This document shows, piece by piece, positions 19,650 through 29,815 of a stretch of 64,000 nucleotides of DNA. The notes under the pieces were generated by a model. It saw nothing but the letters and a program-made list of their open reading frames with translations, had not been told where the DNA came from and ran no database searches. The number at the start of each line of letters is the position of its first letter. Position 1 is the first letter of the stretch. Source of the stretch: a bacterium (GTDB lineage: Bacteria; SAR324; NAC60-12); contig CBDBHR010000028.1 in NCBI GenBank assembly GCA_965205865.1, positions 416,001 through 480,000 on the forward strand, in the 5' to 3' direction. Position numbers and translations under genes: made by a program.

Positions 19650-20525
19650 ATGGAACTTTTTCTACAGCAAGTATTGGCAGGTCTGGCCAACGGGGCGATT
19701 TATGCCAGTCTCGGACTAGCCATTGTAATGATTTATCAAGCCATCGATCATATCAATTTTGCCCAGGGCGAAATGGCAATGTTCAGCACTTATATTGCCT
19801 GGTCTTTGATTGTCGACTACGGCGTCCCTTATTGGCTTTCTTTTTTTATAACTCTCTTGATTTCCTTCATTGGAGGAATGGTCATCGAACGCTTGGTGTT
19901 TGCTCCACTGCGCAAAGCCCCTTTTTTGAGTCATCTGATTGTTTTTCTGGGATTGTTTGCCATCTTCAACAGTTTGGCCGGAGAGATTTGGGACCATAGC
20001 ATTCGGAGTTTTCCCAGTCCATTTCCCGACTATTCATTTCGTGGGTTGATCGGCGGTCACCAAATTGGCACAGTGGCGATCGTGCTTGTGCTATTGGGGG
20101 TGATCTACGGTTTTTTTCGTTTCACGAGAATCGGCCTTGCTATGCGTGCTGCCGCATCGAATGCGGGAGCGGCCCGCTTGGTTGGGATCAAAGTGGCTTG
20201 GATGATGGGCCTGGGATGGGGATTGGCGGCTGCGTTAGGCAGTGTTTCAGGTATGTTGGTGGCTCCAATGATTTTTCTGGATCCGAATATGATGGGAGGG
20301 ATCCTGATCTATAGTTTTGCGGCAACATTGATTGGGGGAATCAACAACCCGATAGGAGCAGTCAGTGGTGGATTCTTGTTTGGCGTCTTGGAAAATCTGG
20401 TCGGAACCTATGTCGATCTTATCGGCAGTGAATTGAAGCTGACTTTCGCCCTGCTCGTGATCACGCTGGTGTTGTTGTTCAAACCCAATGGTCTTTTTGG
20501 ACGCAAGATCATTACAAGAGTCTGA
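19650..20525 (+). CDS. livH: Branched-chain amino acid ABC transporter permease (LivH-like)
   Basis: INFAQGE, TRIGLAMRAAASN...ARLVGI; multiple hydrophobic segments. Confidence 0.9.
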   Translation: MELFLQQVLAGLANGAIYASLGLAIVMIYQAIDHINFAQGEMAMFSTYIAWSLIVDYGVPYWLSFFITLLISFIGGMVIERLVFAPLRKAPFLSHLIVFLGLFAIFNSLAGEIWDHSIRSFPSPFPDYSFRGLIGGHQIGTVAIVLVLLGVIYGFFRFTRIGLAMRAAASNAGAARLVGIKVAWMMGLGWGLAAALGSVSGMLVAPMIFLDPNMMGGILIYSFAATLIGGINNPIGAVSGGFLFGVLENLVGTYVDLIGSELKLTFALLVITLVLLFKPNGLFGRKIITRV

Positions 20526-20534
20526 TCATGGCAA

Positions 20535-21506
20535 GTGATTCCAAAACAAAAGAAACCTGGCGCTTGCTCGAGCTATCTGTTATGCTTGGCAGTCGCGGTC
20601 GCTATCCCATTCATTTTTTCGGGATTCACCGTATTTCAATTCACCTTGGCAGGCATCTATGCCATTGCAATTCTGGGTTTGAATCTATTGACCGGTTACA
20701 ATGGACAGTTTTCCTTGGGGCACGGCACATTTTATGCGATCGGAGGATACGCCGCGGCAATCCTGATGAGCAGGTTTGAGATGTTGATTTACCTGACAAT
20801 ACCAATAGCCGGTATTATAAGTTTGGCTGCGGGGTTTCTTTTCGGCATCACCGTGACTCGCCTGATAGGAATATACCTGGCACTGGCCACGTTCGCTCTC
20901 AGTATTGCCACGCCCCAAATCCTCAAATCCAGGCATCTTGAAGCATTCACAGGTGGAGTGCAGGGATTGGACTTATTCAGGCCAGAGGTCCCTTCCTTAA
21001 TCCCTTTGGATTTGGACCAGTGGTGGTATTTTGTCATGCTGATTATTCTCTTGTTTTTGTTATGGGCTTCAAGCAACCTGATCAACAGCCGTTCCGGGCG
21101 AGCGATGATTGCCATTCGGGATAATCCAATCGCCGCCCGTTCCATGGGAATCAATACCACTTTTTACAAAGCCATCACTTTTGGGGTAAGTGGTCTTTAT
21201 GCTGGCATTGCAGGTGCCCTGTCTGCAATCGTTATTGAATTTGTCGCTCCGGACAGTTTTACATTTATCATTTCATTCACTTTTCTGACGGGAATGGTGA
21301 TAGGCGGCATTGCTTCGATCCCCGGAGTAATTTTCGGCGCGTTGTTTGTTTTGTTTGTTCCCAATATTGCAGAGGATTTTTCTAAAAACCTTGCTTATGG
21401 CGTATTTGGTTTGTTGCTCATTTTAACAGTTTATGTGATGCCGACCGGATCGGCCGGTCTCACCCGCATGATCATTGCGCTTCTCAGAAAAAACATCAGA
21501 CGTTAA
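20535..21506 (+). CDS. livM: Branched-chain amino acid ABC transporter permease (LivM-like)
   Basis: LGLNLLTGYNGQFSLGH, YLALAT, GRAMIAIRDN. Confidence 0.9.
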   Translation: MIPKQKKPGACSSYLLCLAVAVAIPFIFSGFTVFQFTLAGIYAIAILGLNLLTGYNGQFSLGHGTFYAIGGYAAAILMSRFEMLIYLTIPIAGIISLAAGFLFGITVTRLIGIYLALATFALSIATPQILKSRHLEAFTGGVQGLDLFRPEVPSLIPLDLDQWWYFVMLIILLFLLWASSNLINSRSGRAMIAIRDNPIAARSMGINTTFYKAITFGVSGLYAGIAGALSAIVIEFVAPDSFTFIISFTFLTGMVIGGIASIPGVIFGALFVLFVPNIAEDFSKNLAYGVFGLLLILTVYVMPTGSAGLTRMIIALLRKNIRR

Positions 21507-21667
21507 GAAATCCATGTTCTTTGTGAGAAAAAAGAGGTAAGATTTTAGTTGCTTGCGCTGCTTTCTTGATCGATAGAAAAGCGTATTTGTTATGCTGTTT
21601 TTTATTGAAGATAGGCGCCTTTTTAATATTTCTCAATGAAACATTCGATGACTCTCTTGGAGGAAGT

Positions 21668-22897
21668 ATGAAAATTCTCAAACAAATGATGATCAGTCTG
21701 GTTTTCTGTTCCCTTATTTTTACTGTTGGCAATACATTCGCTCAAAAAGATTATGCTCCTGGCGTATCGGACATCGAAATCAAAATTGGCAATACCAATC
21801 CATATAGTGGTCCTGCCTCTTCATACAGTACCATTGGAAAGGCCATTAAAGCCTACTTTGACAAAGTCAATGCCGAAGGGGGAATCAACGGCCGTAAAAT
21901 CAACTTCATCTCTTTAGATGACGGCTACAGTCCGCCAAAAACCAAGGAACAATTCCGTAAACTGATTGAAAAAGAGGAAGTATTCGCCATTTTTCAAAGT
22001 TTGGGAACGCCTACCAATTCGGCGGTTCATCGCTACATAAATCGAAAGCAGGTCCCGCATTTGTTTCTCGCAACTGGAGCCGCCAAGTGGGCAGACCCCG
22101 AAAATTTCCCATGGACCATAGGATTCCAGCCCGATTATCAGGTGGAAGGTGCCATTTTTGGCTCTTATCTCTTACAAAATCACTCCAACGGCAAAATTGC
22201 TATTCTCTATCAAAACGATGATTACGGAAAAGATTACGTGACAGGCTTGAAAAATGGACTGGGTAATAAAGCCGATTCCATGATCATTGCCGAGGAAAGT
22301 TATGAAGTGACCGATCCCTCTATTGATTCTCAAATTATTAAATTGAAAGCATCTGGGGCAGATATTTTTTATAATGTAACCATTCCCAAATTTTCCGCGC
22401 AAGCCATCAAGAAAATGTACGAACTGCGATGGAAACCCGTGCACCTGTTCAATAGTGTTTCCAACTCGATTGCGGGGGTCTTGAAACCAGTGGGCTTTGA
22501 AAAATCACAGGGAATTATTTCCACGCGCTATCTACTCGATCCCAATGATCCCGAGCATGCGCAACATGAGGATATTCTCGACTGGCAGGAGTTCATGGAC
22601 CAATACTATCCCAATGGAGACCGTAAAAGCCCATTCAATCTCTATGGATACGTGGTGGCTCAAACATTGGTACATGTCCTGGAAAAATGTGGGGATAACC
22701 TGACTCGAGAAAACCTGATGAAACAAGCCACCAACATCAAAAACCTGAGAGTGCGAGGGCTATCTCCTGGTATTTTGATCACGACCACGCCCACAGACTA
22801 CCGACCGATTGAATCGATGGAATTGATCCAGTTCAAAGGAGATGGTTATATTAGTTTAGGTGGCGTCATTAAAGGTGGCAATGATCTGAACTTATAG
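21668..22897 (+). CDS. Branched-chain amino acid ABC transporter substrate-binding protein
   Basis: GGAGG then ATG at 21668, signal peptide, PYSGPAS, NAEGGINGRKI, DDGYSPPKT. Confidence 0.9.
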   Translation: MKILKQMMISLVFCSLIFTVGNTFAQKDYAPGVSDIEIKIGNTNPYSGPASSYSTIGKAIKAYFDKVNAEGGINGRKINFISLDDGYSPPKTKEQFRKLIEKEEVFAIFQSLGTPTNSAVHRYINRKQVPHLFLATGAAKWADPENFPWTIGFQPDYQVEGAIFGSYLLQNHSNGKIAILYQNDDYGKDYVTGLKNGLGNKADSMIIAEESYEVTDPSIDSQIIKLKASGADIFYNVTIPKFSAQAIKKMYELRWKPVHLFNSVSNSIAGVLKPVGFEKSQGIISTRYLLDPNDPEHAQHEDILDWQEFMDQYYPNGDRKSPFNLYGYVVAQTLVHVLEKCGDNLTRENLMKQATNIKNLRVRGLSPGILITTTPTDYRPIESMELIQFKGDGYISLGGVIKGGNDLNL

Positions 22898-22920
22898 TTC
22901 TTGTATTTTCTTGAATGGGT

Positions 22921-24282
22921 TCATTGAAACAACTCCAGGTTCGCGTTTAAAATGTCATGAAACTCCCGGATTCGCTGGACGTAGCGCACGGGTTCTGAAC
23001 CCCGGGCATATCCTCTTTTCAGTGTTTTATAATATTTACGCTGTGATAAGAGCGGCAAGACAGTTTTCAGATCATGCCATTTGTTGGGATTCTTGCCAAA
23101 TTGTTTCGCCAGCGTCCGGGCATCATAGACATGCCCCATGCCTACATTGTAAGCTGCCAGAGCAAACAAAAGGCGATCGTCGCCTTGCACTTCTTGAGGA
23201 ATTCGATCAAATAATTGAGCAAGATACTTGGCTCCTCCCATAATGCTTTGCTCTACGTCCAAGCGGTTTTTAATGCCCAATTGTTTGGCCGTCTTCAGAG
23301 TCAACATCATCATCCCTCGTACTCCTGTCGGACTCTTGGCCCTGCTATTCCAATGAGATTCTTGATAGGCTTGCGCGGCCAAAAGGGTCCAAGGAAAATT
23401 GTGTTTTTCTGCCGCTTTTTTAAAAAGAGGTAACAAGGAAGGTAATCGCTCTGAAAGACGTTTGTGGAAGGTACGGATATCCACATAATCGAAGATTGGC
23501 AAATAGCTATAATAGCGTTCATACAATGCAGCAAGATGGTGGTTGGATTCATACTTCTCCAGCCAGCGGATGCTTGCCTCTTTCAGATCTTCGGCGCCAG
23601 GACGGATGATCCATGCGATTGGCAGAGCATCGGTGAGCGGAAATGCGATTTCCAATTCCGGGAAATAACGGCGATTGATTGCCACGATATTGGAATCCGC
23701 AACGACACATTCGAGTTCCTTTTTCCATACTTTTTCCAGCAGTATTTCCGTGGACATGTCTGTCACCGCCGTCCACTGAATTTCAGGCACCTCTTGTTGT
23801 AACTCATACAAACGTTCTTCATGACCACTGTCTTTGACGATGGTGATTTTGAAATTTGGCAATTCGTCGATGCTGCGCGGTATTTCTCCACCACGATGGC
23901 ATACTACCTGTTGCTGAACCTGGAAATAATCCGGTCCAAATAGATATTGAAGTTCCCTTTGTTCGATACGAGTCAATCCTGCCGCGGCAATATCCCCTGT
24001 TCCCTCTTTTATGGCTTCCAGGATTTCTGAGACACTATCCAGCACCTCGAACTGAGCGTTGACGCCTAAGTAGGCAGCAAAATCAGAGGCCAGGTCATAT
24101 TCAAATCCCGCCAGGCCGTCCTGTGCTTCATAATAAGTGGTGGAAGTATTGTGCGTCAGAACAACCAACACGCCTTGTTGACGAATCTTTTCGAGAGGCG
24201 AAAGTGGATCGGATTTTTGGAAAACATCGCATCCGGATGCTAGCACAACCGATAATCCGGCGAGACAAAGATACCACTTCAT
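22921..24282 (-). CDS. mltF: Membrane-bound lytic murein transglycosylase F
   Basis: Lipobox LASGC, SBP-like N domain (GFEYDLA), SLT motifs YQESHW, SPTGVRGMMML, AAYNVG, GYARG. Confidence 0.93.
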   Translation of the reverse strand: MKWYLCLAGLSVVLASGCDVFQKSDPLSPLEKIRQQGVLVVLTHNTSTTYYEAQDGLAGFEYDLASDFAAYLGVNAQFEVLDSVSEILEAIKEGTGDIAAAGLTRIEQRELQYLFGPDYFQVQQQVVCHRGGEIPRSIDELPNFKITIVKDSGHEERLYELQQEVPEIQWTAVTDMSTEILLEKVWKKELECVVADSNIVAINRRYFPELEIAFPLTDALPIAWIIRPGAEDLKEASIRWLEKYESNHHLAALYERYYSYLPIFDYVDIRTFHKRLSERLPSLLPLFKKAAEKHNFPWTLLAAQAYQESHWNSRAKSPTGVRGMMMLTLKTAKQLGIKNRLDVEQSIMGGAKYLAQLFDRIPQEVQGDDRLLFALAAYNVGMGHVYDARTLAKQFGKNPNKWHDLKTVLPLLSQRKYYKTLKRGYARGSEPVRYVQRIREFHDILNANLELFQ

Positions 24283-24317
24283 GAAACGCTCCTTGAGAGT
24301 CTTCGGGAAACGATATT

Positions 24318-25475
24318 TCACAACCGTCCGGGAGAGAGCATTGCTTCGCTGATACCCGCCTCAACCACATGTTTGGGAAAGCGGCGTTCCCGGATAAGGG
24401 AAGCGCAACAGACTGCCATGATTGGAGAAGTTTTGATCCCATATCCACCTTGTCCCACTAACCAGAAAAAATTTTGCACTTGGGGGTCGAATCCTAAGAC
24501 GGGAATACGGTCGCGGACGAAAGAGCGCAATCCGGCCCATTTGTGGCTGACATGTTGAATACGAAAATTAATAGCGGCATGGATTCTGTCGATACCAATC
24601 GCGATATCCAGATCATCCGGCCTGGCATCGTGGGGAGCCACGGGAGTCTCGTCGGCAGGAGAACCGAGAAATTTTCCGGAATCGGGCTTGAAATAGAATT
24701 TTTCGTCAATGTCTATAATCATGGGCCACTTGTCGATTTGGTATACTTCGGGAGGGTTCCCACCCGGTCGATGGCACAATACTGTGGGAGGATTGAACAA
24801 GAATGCCGTTCTTTTTTTGGGGACAAGACCGATTGATTTTGCCCCTGCTAATGTTCCAATGGTCTCTCCCCAGGCACCGGCTGCATTGACAATTAATTTG
24901 CAGGAAAATTCTTCTTTTTCAGTTATCACCAGCCAACCCTCTTGCAAAGATTGCAAGGCAATCACTTTGACATTGGTCGTCAGAGTCCCTCCCTGTTGCC
25001 TCATTGAATGCAGAAATCCTTGATGAAGGGCATGCACGTCAAGGTCCTTCGAATGCGGGTCATAGATGCCTGCCATTGCATATCCCGGTGTCAAAGCAGG
25101 AAAAAGGGAAAATAAATCGCTTTCTTGAAGTTGTTCGACTTTCCTTCCAGCCGTATTGATCCTACGAATTTCACTGTCCATTTGCTCTTTTTGATCTGCA
25201 CGAATAAGAAAGAGGACACCCCTGTCATTCAATAGAGGAAATTCACTGAACCCTTCAGGCGGAGACTGGAGAAATGGTTTGCTCAACTTGGCGAGTCTGC
25301 GAATCACGGAATTGCCGTAAAATTCCGTGAAAAGAGCCGCTGATCTACCCGTCGAATGATAACCAGGGTGCCCTTCCATTTCAAGAACCATCACTTTATG
25401 ATCCTTTGCCAGTTCAAATGCAGCCGAAGTCCCCGCAATGCCTGCGCCAATGACGATGATGTCGATATCTGTCAT
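24318..25475 (-). CDS. FAD-dependent oxidoreductase (DAO/DadA-like) carrying a 36-bp repeat insertion
   Basis: IGAGIAG, GYHSTGRSAA, NAAGAW, WAGLRSF, GQGGYG. The extra segment NPP-TVLCHRPGGNPP is encoded by the repeat. Confidence 0.92.
   Translation of the reverse strand: MTDIDIIVIGAGIAGTSAAFELAKDHKVMVLEMEGHPGYHSTGRSAALFTEFYGNSVIRRLAKLSKPFLQSPPEGFSEFPLLNDRGVLFLIRADQKEQMDSEIRRINTAGRKVEQLQESDLFSLFPALTPGYAMAGIYDPHSKDLDVHALHQGFLHSMRQQGGTLTTNVKVIALQSLQEGWLVITEKEEFSCKLIVNAAGAWGETIGTLAGAKSIGLVPKKRTAFLFNPPTVLCHRPGGNPPEVYQIDKWPMIIDIDEKFYFKPDSGKFLGSPADETPVAPHDARPDDLDIAIGIDRIHAAINFRIQHVSHKWAGLRSFVRDRIPVLGFDPQVQNFFWLVGQGGYGIKTSPIMAVCCASLIRERRFPKHVVEAGISEAMLSPGRL
24750..24791. repeat. 36-bp hairpin repeat, intragenic copy with GGGAGG direct repeat at both ends
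   Basis: GGGAGG-GTTCCCACCCGGTCGATGGCACAATACTGT-GGGAGG; 29/36 identical to the unit at 46332. Confidence 0.9.
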
Positions 25476-25589
25476 GATCGATTTTTATGCGTATTTGAAG
25501 GTGGCCTTGATTCTTTTTTCAATTTAAGGAGCGAGGTCACAACGTCGAGCTCTCCAATGCACGAAAACTCTGCGGAAACATCCGGAAAA

Positions 25590-25624
25590 TCCCTTCCCCT
25601 TGCGGGACGGGTCAGGCGAGGGGA
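25590..25624. repeat. REP-like palindrome related to 19597-19647
   Basis: CCCTTCCCCTTGCGGGACGGGTCAGGCGAGGGG. Confidence 0.55.
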
Positions 25625-25654
25625 TATGAAATTTACCCTGCAACCGCGCGGGTT

Positions 25655-25696
25655 GTGAGGGTTCCCACCCCCATCGATCGGACAATATGTGGGAAT
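25655..25696. repeat. 36-bp hairpin repeat, intergenic copy
   Basis: GTGAGGGTTCCCACCCCCATCGATCGGACAATATGT-GGGAAT. Confidence 0.8.
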
Positions 25697-25716
25697 GCGC
25701 AATACAACAATAAATC

Positions 25717-26886
25717 TCAGTTGATCGTTAAAAGTTCTGTGATTTCCGAAAATCCGTTCTTATGAGCGATCATGAGAGCGGTCAGCCCCTTAAAATTTCT
25801 GGATTTGGTATCAATGCCTTTGTCAATGAGAAGTTGTACTGATCCAATATGGTGCTTGGCCACGGCAAGGGTGAGGGCGTTGTCGCCATCTTTTTGTTGG
25901 GCATTGATATCGGCACCCGCTTCGAGAAGCAGAGTAAGAATTTTCGGATGATATCCGGATGCCGCCAACATCAGCGCGGTCCAGCCTTCATTGTCTTTGG
26001 CATTCACATCGGCTCCCAGTTCGATCAGGGCACCCGCAGTATCCAGATGTCCCCGGACAGTTGCCAGCATCAAAGCAGTAACCCCGTCTTTCCTTTTCGC
26101 GTCGATGTCAGCTCCCCGTTCAACCAGCAGACGGACAATTGCGCTATCTCCCAAAAAACCTGCGAGAATGAGAGGAGTCCATTGCTCTTCACCGGGAGAA
26201 TTGACATCCAGTCCCTGCACCAGCAGTTTTTGGACTTTTTCAGAATCACCTTTCAGGATGGCATTGGCAACATCTTGCCATCCTTTGGCATCGGTATCCG
26301 AGCCGGAGGAAGTTTGCCACGCAGTGACATAATAATTCGGATTTGACAAGAGATTGATGATATCAAGATGGCCTTGTTCGATTGCCAGGATGAGAGCTGT
26401 TTTGTTGTTGGTGCTTTGCCGGAGGGGGTCAGCTCCTTGAGAGAGAAGAAGACTCACCATTTCTCTTTGATCACTGTAAGCCGCGATCATCAAAGCCGTC
26501 CAGCCGGTATTGTCCACGGATTCGAGATCTGCTCCTTTCTCCAAAAGCAGCCGGGCAATCTCTATGTTTCCCAGCATCGCAGCAGCCATCAAAGCCGTCC
26601 ACCCGTCTACACTTTTTTGATGCGGATCAACAGGATATCGCAGCAGCAATTCCACCATCTGAGCATGTCCCCGAAATGCGGAAATTATCAAGGGAGTCCA
26701 CCCATTTTCATCTCTGACATTCGCATTGGCGCCTCGACTGAGGAATTGGGTAGCAAGTCGAGTATCATTGTTCTCCGCCGCAGACAACAACGTTCTATCA
26801 CTTTGACTCCGGACGGGGGCAAGCATCACCCCAAAAAATGTAAATGCAAGAATCGGCAGGATGGCATAGTGGAGATGAAACAGCAT
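25717..26886 (-). CDS. Secreted ankyrin repeat protein
   Basis: Hydrophobic signal-like N-terminus and about 10 ankyrin repeats (GWTPL/GWTALM...LL..GAD), in two blocks. Confidence 0.93.
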   Translation of the reverse strand: MLFHLHYAILPILAFTFFGVMLAPVRSQSDRTLLSAAENNDTRLATQFLSRGANANVRDENGWTPLIISAFRGHAQMVELLLRYPVDPHQKSVDGWTALMAAAMLGNIEIARLLLEKGADLESVDNTGWTALMIAAYSDQREMVSLLLSQGADPLRQSTNNKTALILAIEQGHLDIINLLSNPNYYVTAWQTSSGSDTDAKGWQDVANAILKGDSEKVQKLLVQGLDVNSPGEEQWTPLILAGFLGDSAIVRLLVERGADIDAKRKDGVTALMLATVRGHLDTAGALIELGADVNAKDNEGWTALMLAASGYHPKILTLLLEAGADINAQQKDGDNALTLAVAKHHIGSVQLLIDKGIDTKSRNFKGLTALMIAHKNGFSEITELLTIN

Positions 26887-27057
26887 GAGGGGTATCTGGG
26901 TAGAGAAAGAATGGTCATTCCTCCAGATTATCAAGGAGTTCAAGAAAGTGACACGTTCAGTTTACACAACAAATCTTAAAAAGGCGAAATTATATTCAGG
27001 CTGATTGTCGGGAGAGTCTCGGTAACTTTATAAAAAGCATATGGCGCAACCGCCACT

Positions 27058-28515
27058 TTATACCAGGGGGGCAGAGACGAGCAATTTTTGGTGGGCTCTC
27101 AATAACCTGGCATTCTTCAATTTATTCCATCGCATCAAATTTCGAACGGAGACTTGGTATTTTTTGGCCAACGCATATAAGGTGGCACCAGGTTTGACAA
27201 CAATTGATTTAGGGACCGGGAAACGTTTTACGGTTCGCTTTGTCTTTTCTCGCAGCAATAATTCATATACGTTTCCGTTGGGACGGTAAATTTTTAGGTG
27301 CTGACCAATCTTGAGGAAGCTTTTTTTATTGATCCTGTTCCAATACCTGAGACGTGCTACGGTGGTATCGTGTTTTTGTGCCAGTTTCCAGAGACTGTCT
27401 CCTTTTTTGACACGTATATACATAAGGTTTCCGTATTTCGTCAGATATTGCAACATTTGGGTGGATTTGTTTGAATTCCTAATTTTAATTTTCCATCGTA
27501 TGTCGGGACCTGGTTGTTTTTTTAAGGACATGGCCAAATGGAGTTCCCGGTTGCGGGGGATATAAAGGGTGTATTTTTTTTCACGGATTGGAGGGATTCC
27601 TTGCTGCAAAGCCGGATTGTGTTGTCGCAATTCCTGAAATGTCATTTTGCTGCGTCTGGCGATCTCCTGCAATGAAAAACCAGTAGAAAGCGTGATTGTT
27701 TTCCAATCGATCGGTGAGGTTTTTACAATATGATCTAACTGATATTCCTCCAGATTCTTTGAAATTATGGTAACAGCCATGTAGTCGGCGACATATCGTT
27801 TAGTTTCTTTAGGTAGAGGCAAAGACCAGTAATCCGCAGGACTTCCTTTGGCTTTTGCTCGTTTGATATCTCGCCGAACGCGTCCTTCTCCTGCATTGTA
27901 GGCGGCCAATGCCAATTCCCATGAATTGAATTTTTTGTATAGATATTTCAAATGACGCGCTGCCGCCCGAGTCGATTTGAACACATCCATTCGCTCATCA
28001 AGCCACTGGTTTTGACGAAGATTGTAGTGAAGCCCGGTTGTCCTTATGAATTGCCAAAGCCCAACAGCTTTTGCTCTAGAACGAGCTTGTGGATTGTAGT
28101 TGCTCTCTGTCGCTGCCAAATATGCCAGATCTTGCGGAATTCCTTCTTCTTTGAAAATCTTTCGGATCAGTGGTAGATATTTTCCGGAACGTTCAATCCC
28201 GGTGATCAAGTTTTTTTTGCCTTCATTCAAATAAAAGCTCAAAAGCAGGTTCACTCTATTATTATAAAGGATGGGGATGTCGTAGTGAACTGGCTTTTTC
28301 TCTTCCTGGAGAGAAGAAATCTCTGGTTTGTCTGCTGCATGAATTTTGAGAGATGGGGAATTTTTTGCAGATTGATGCTTGGAAGCGTCCGCAGGTGTGA
28401 GAATGATTGCTTCCGATTGGGGAGGTATTGGTTCGGAAATGGTACAGGCAGTTACCAGAAAAATGGTAACCGCCCATCCCAACCAACCGTATTTTGGTTG
28501 AATCATGTCCGACAT
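27058..28515 (-). CDS. Lytic transglycosylase with LysM domains (MltD-like lipoprotein)
   Basis: Lipobox VTAC, ESNYNP, AVGLWQF, ALAAYNAG, LPKETKRYV, LysM repeats (VKKGDSLWKLA; VKPGATLYALA). Confidence 0.92.
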   Translation of the reverse strand: MSDMIQPKYGWLGWAVTIFLVTACTISEPIPPQSEAIILTPADASKHQSAKNSPSLKIHAADKPEISSLQEEKKPVHYDIPILYNNRVNLLLSFYLNEGKKNLITGIERSGKYLPLIRKIFKEEGIPQDLAYLAATESNYNPQARSRAKAVGLWQFIRTTGLHYNLRQNQWLDERMDVFKSTRAAARHLKYLYKKFNSWELALAAYNAGEGRVRRDIKRAKAKGSPADYWSLPLPKETKRYVADYMAVTIISKNLEEYQLDHIVKTSPIDWKTITLSTGFSLQEIARRSKMTFQELRQHNPALQQGIPPIREKKYTLYIPRNRELHLAMSLKKQPGPDIRWKIKIRNSNKSTQMLQYLTKYGNLMYIRVKKGDSLWKLAQKHDTTVARLRYWNRINKKSFLKIGQHLKIYRPNGNVYELLLREKTKRTVKRFPVPKSIVVKPGATLYALAKKYQVSVRNLMRWNKLKNARLLRAHQKLLVSAPLV

Positions 28516-28619
28516 CCGTGTCTGACTTATATTGATTCAGCATCATGCTGAAGGAAATAATCATTGGGATGAAAAAATATTCTCTACCTTCTCCCAACAA
28601 TCATGCTGTAAATATTCTA

Positions 28620-28635
28620 TGCAAATGATTTGCCA
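28620..28635 (-). promoter_or_regulatory. Putative sigma-54 -24/-12 promoter for the mltD-like gene
   Basis: Minus strand TGGCAAATCATTTGCA has exact GG-N10-GC spacing, ~105 bp upstream of the start. Confidence 0.55.
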
Positions 28636-28664
28636 TAATCTCTTACATTTACAAAATGATTACA

Positions 28665-29765
28665 TCAGACGGGATTGTATTTTTCCAGAAATGATTGTTT
28701 GAAGCCGGCAAACTGCTTGTTTTCGATAGCAACACGGGCTTTTTTGACCAAATTCAGATAGAAATATAGGTTATGATACGTGTTTAAACGCACAGAAAGG
28801 ATTTCCTTGGAAATGTAAAGGTGCCTCAAATAAGCTCTTGAATAGTGCCGGCATACATAACAGGCGCAGTCGGGATCAGCAGGTAACGAATCTTCTCGGT
28901 ATTGCGCCTGTTTGACGGAAATTTTTCCACGAGACGTGAACAAACAACCATTGCGGGCATTACGGGTTGGTAACACGCAATCGAACATGTCAATTCCGTG
29001 GTCAATCGCTTCCAGCAAATCTTCCGGCTCGCCAATTCCCATCACGTAGCGTGGTTGCTTCTCCGGAAGCAAAGGTGTGATTGTTTCCAGTATGCCATAC
29101 ATTTCATCCTTAGATTCCCCAACACTCAATCCTCCAATAGCATAGCCATCGAAGCCGATTTCCAACAACTCTTGCAAACTGCGTTTGCGCAAATCAAGAT
29201 GCAATCCTCCCTGGACAATACCAAACAACGCATGGCTGTTTTTACGAGCATCTTTACAGCGTTTCGCCCAAGATGAGGTCAGGGATAGCGATTTTTCGAT
29301 TTCTGCATAGGAGGCTGGAAGTCGTAAACATTCGTCAAAGCACATCATTATGTCAGATCCCAGATTCTCCTGAATGGCAATCGATTTTTCCGGAGTGAGT
29401 AAAATTGTGTTCCCGTTGAGATGGTTCTGAAAAACCACACCCTCTTCAGAAAGTTTGCGCAACTTCGCCAAAGAGAAGACTTGGAATCCTCCGCTATCAG
29501 TCAGGATGGGGTATGGCCAGCCCATGAATTGGTGCAATCCTCCTAATTGACGCACGACCTCATCTCCCGGACGCAGATGCAAGTGATAGGCATTTCCTAA
29601 AATAATTGATGCCCCTACCTCTCTCAATTCCTCCGGGGTCATAGCTCTGACAGTTCCAAGTGTACCGACGGGCATGAAAACAGGGGTGGAAATGTGTCCC
29701 CGGGTTGTTTGGATACGGCCTTTTCTTGCAAGACCGATATGCTCTTGCTGTTCAAACGAAATCAT
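28665..29765 (-). CDS. tgt: tRNA-guanine transglycosylase
   Basis: TPVFMPVGT, TDSGGFQVFSL, GGLSVGE, DMFDCVLPTR, CxCxxC Zn site. Confidence 0.97.
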   Translation of the reverse strand: MISFEQQEHIGLARKGRIQTTRGHISTPVFMPVGTLGTVRAMTPEELREVGASIILGNAYHLHLRPGDEVVRQLGGLHQFMGWPYPILTDSGGFQVFSLAKLRKLSEEGVVFQNHLNGNTILLTPEKSIAIQENLGSDIMMCFDECLRLPASYAEIEKSLSLTSSWAKRCKDARKNSHALFGIVQGGLHLDLRKRSLQELLEIGFDGYAIGGLSVGESKDEMYGILETITPLLPEKQPRYVMGIGEPEDLLEAIDHGIDMFDCVLPTRNARNGCLFTSRGKISVKQAQYREDSLPADPDCACYVCRHYSRAYLRHLYISKEILSVRLNTYHNLYFYLNLVKKARVAIENKQFAGFKQSFLEKYNPV

Positions 29766-29815
29766 AAATGATCAAGGCAGGTGGTTTCTGGTGCTTCCTC
29801 TTACAAAACAACGCC

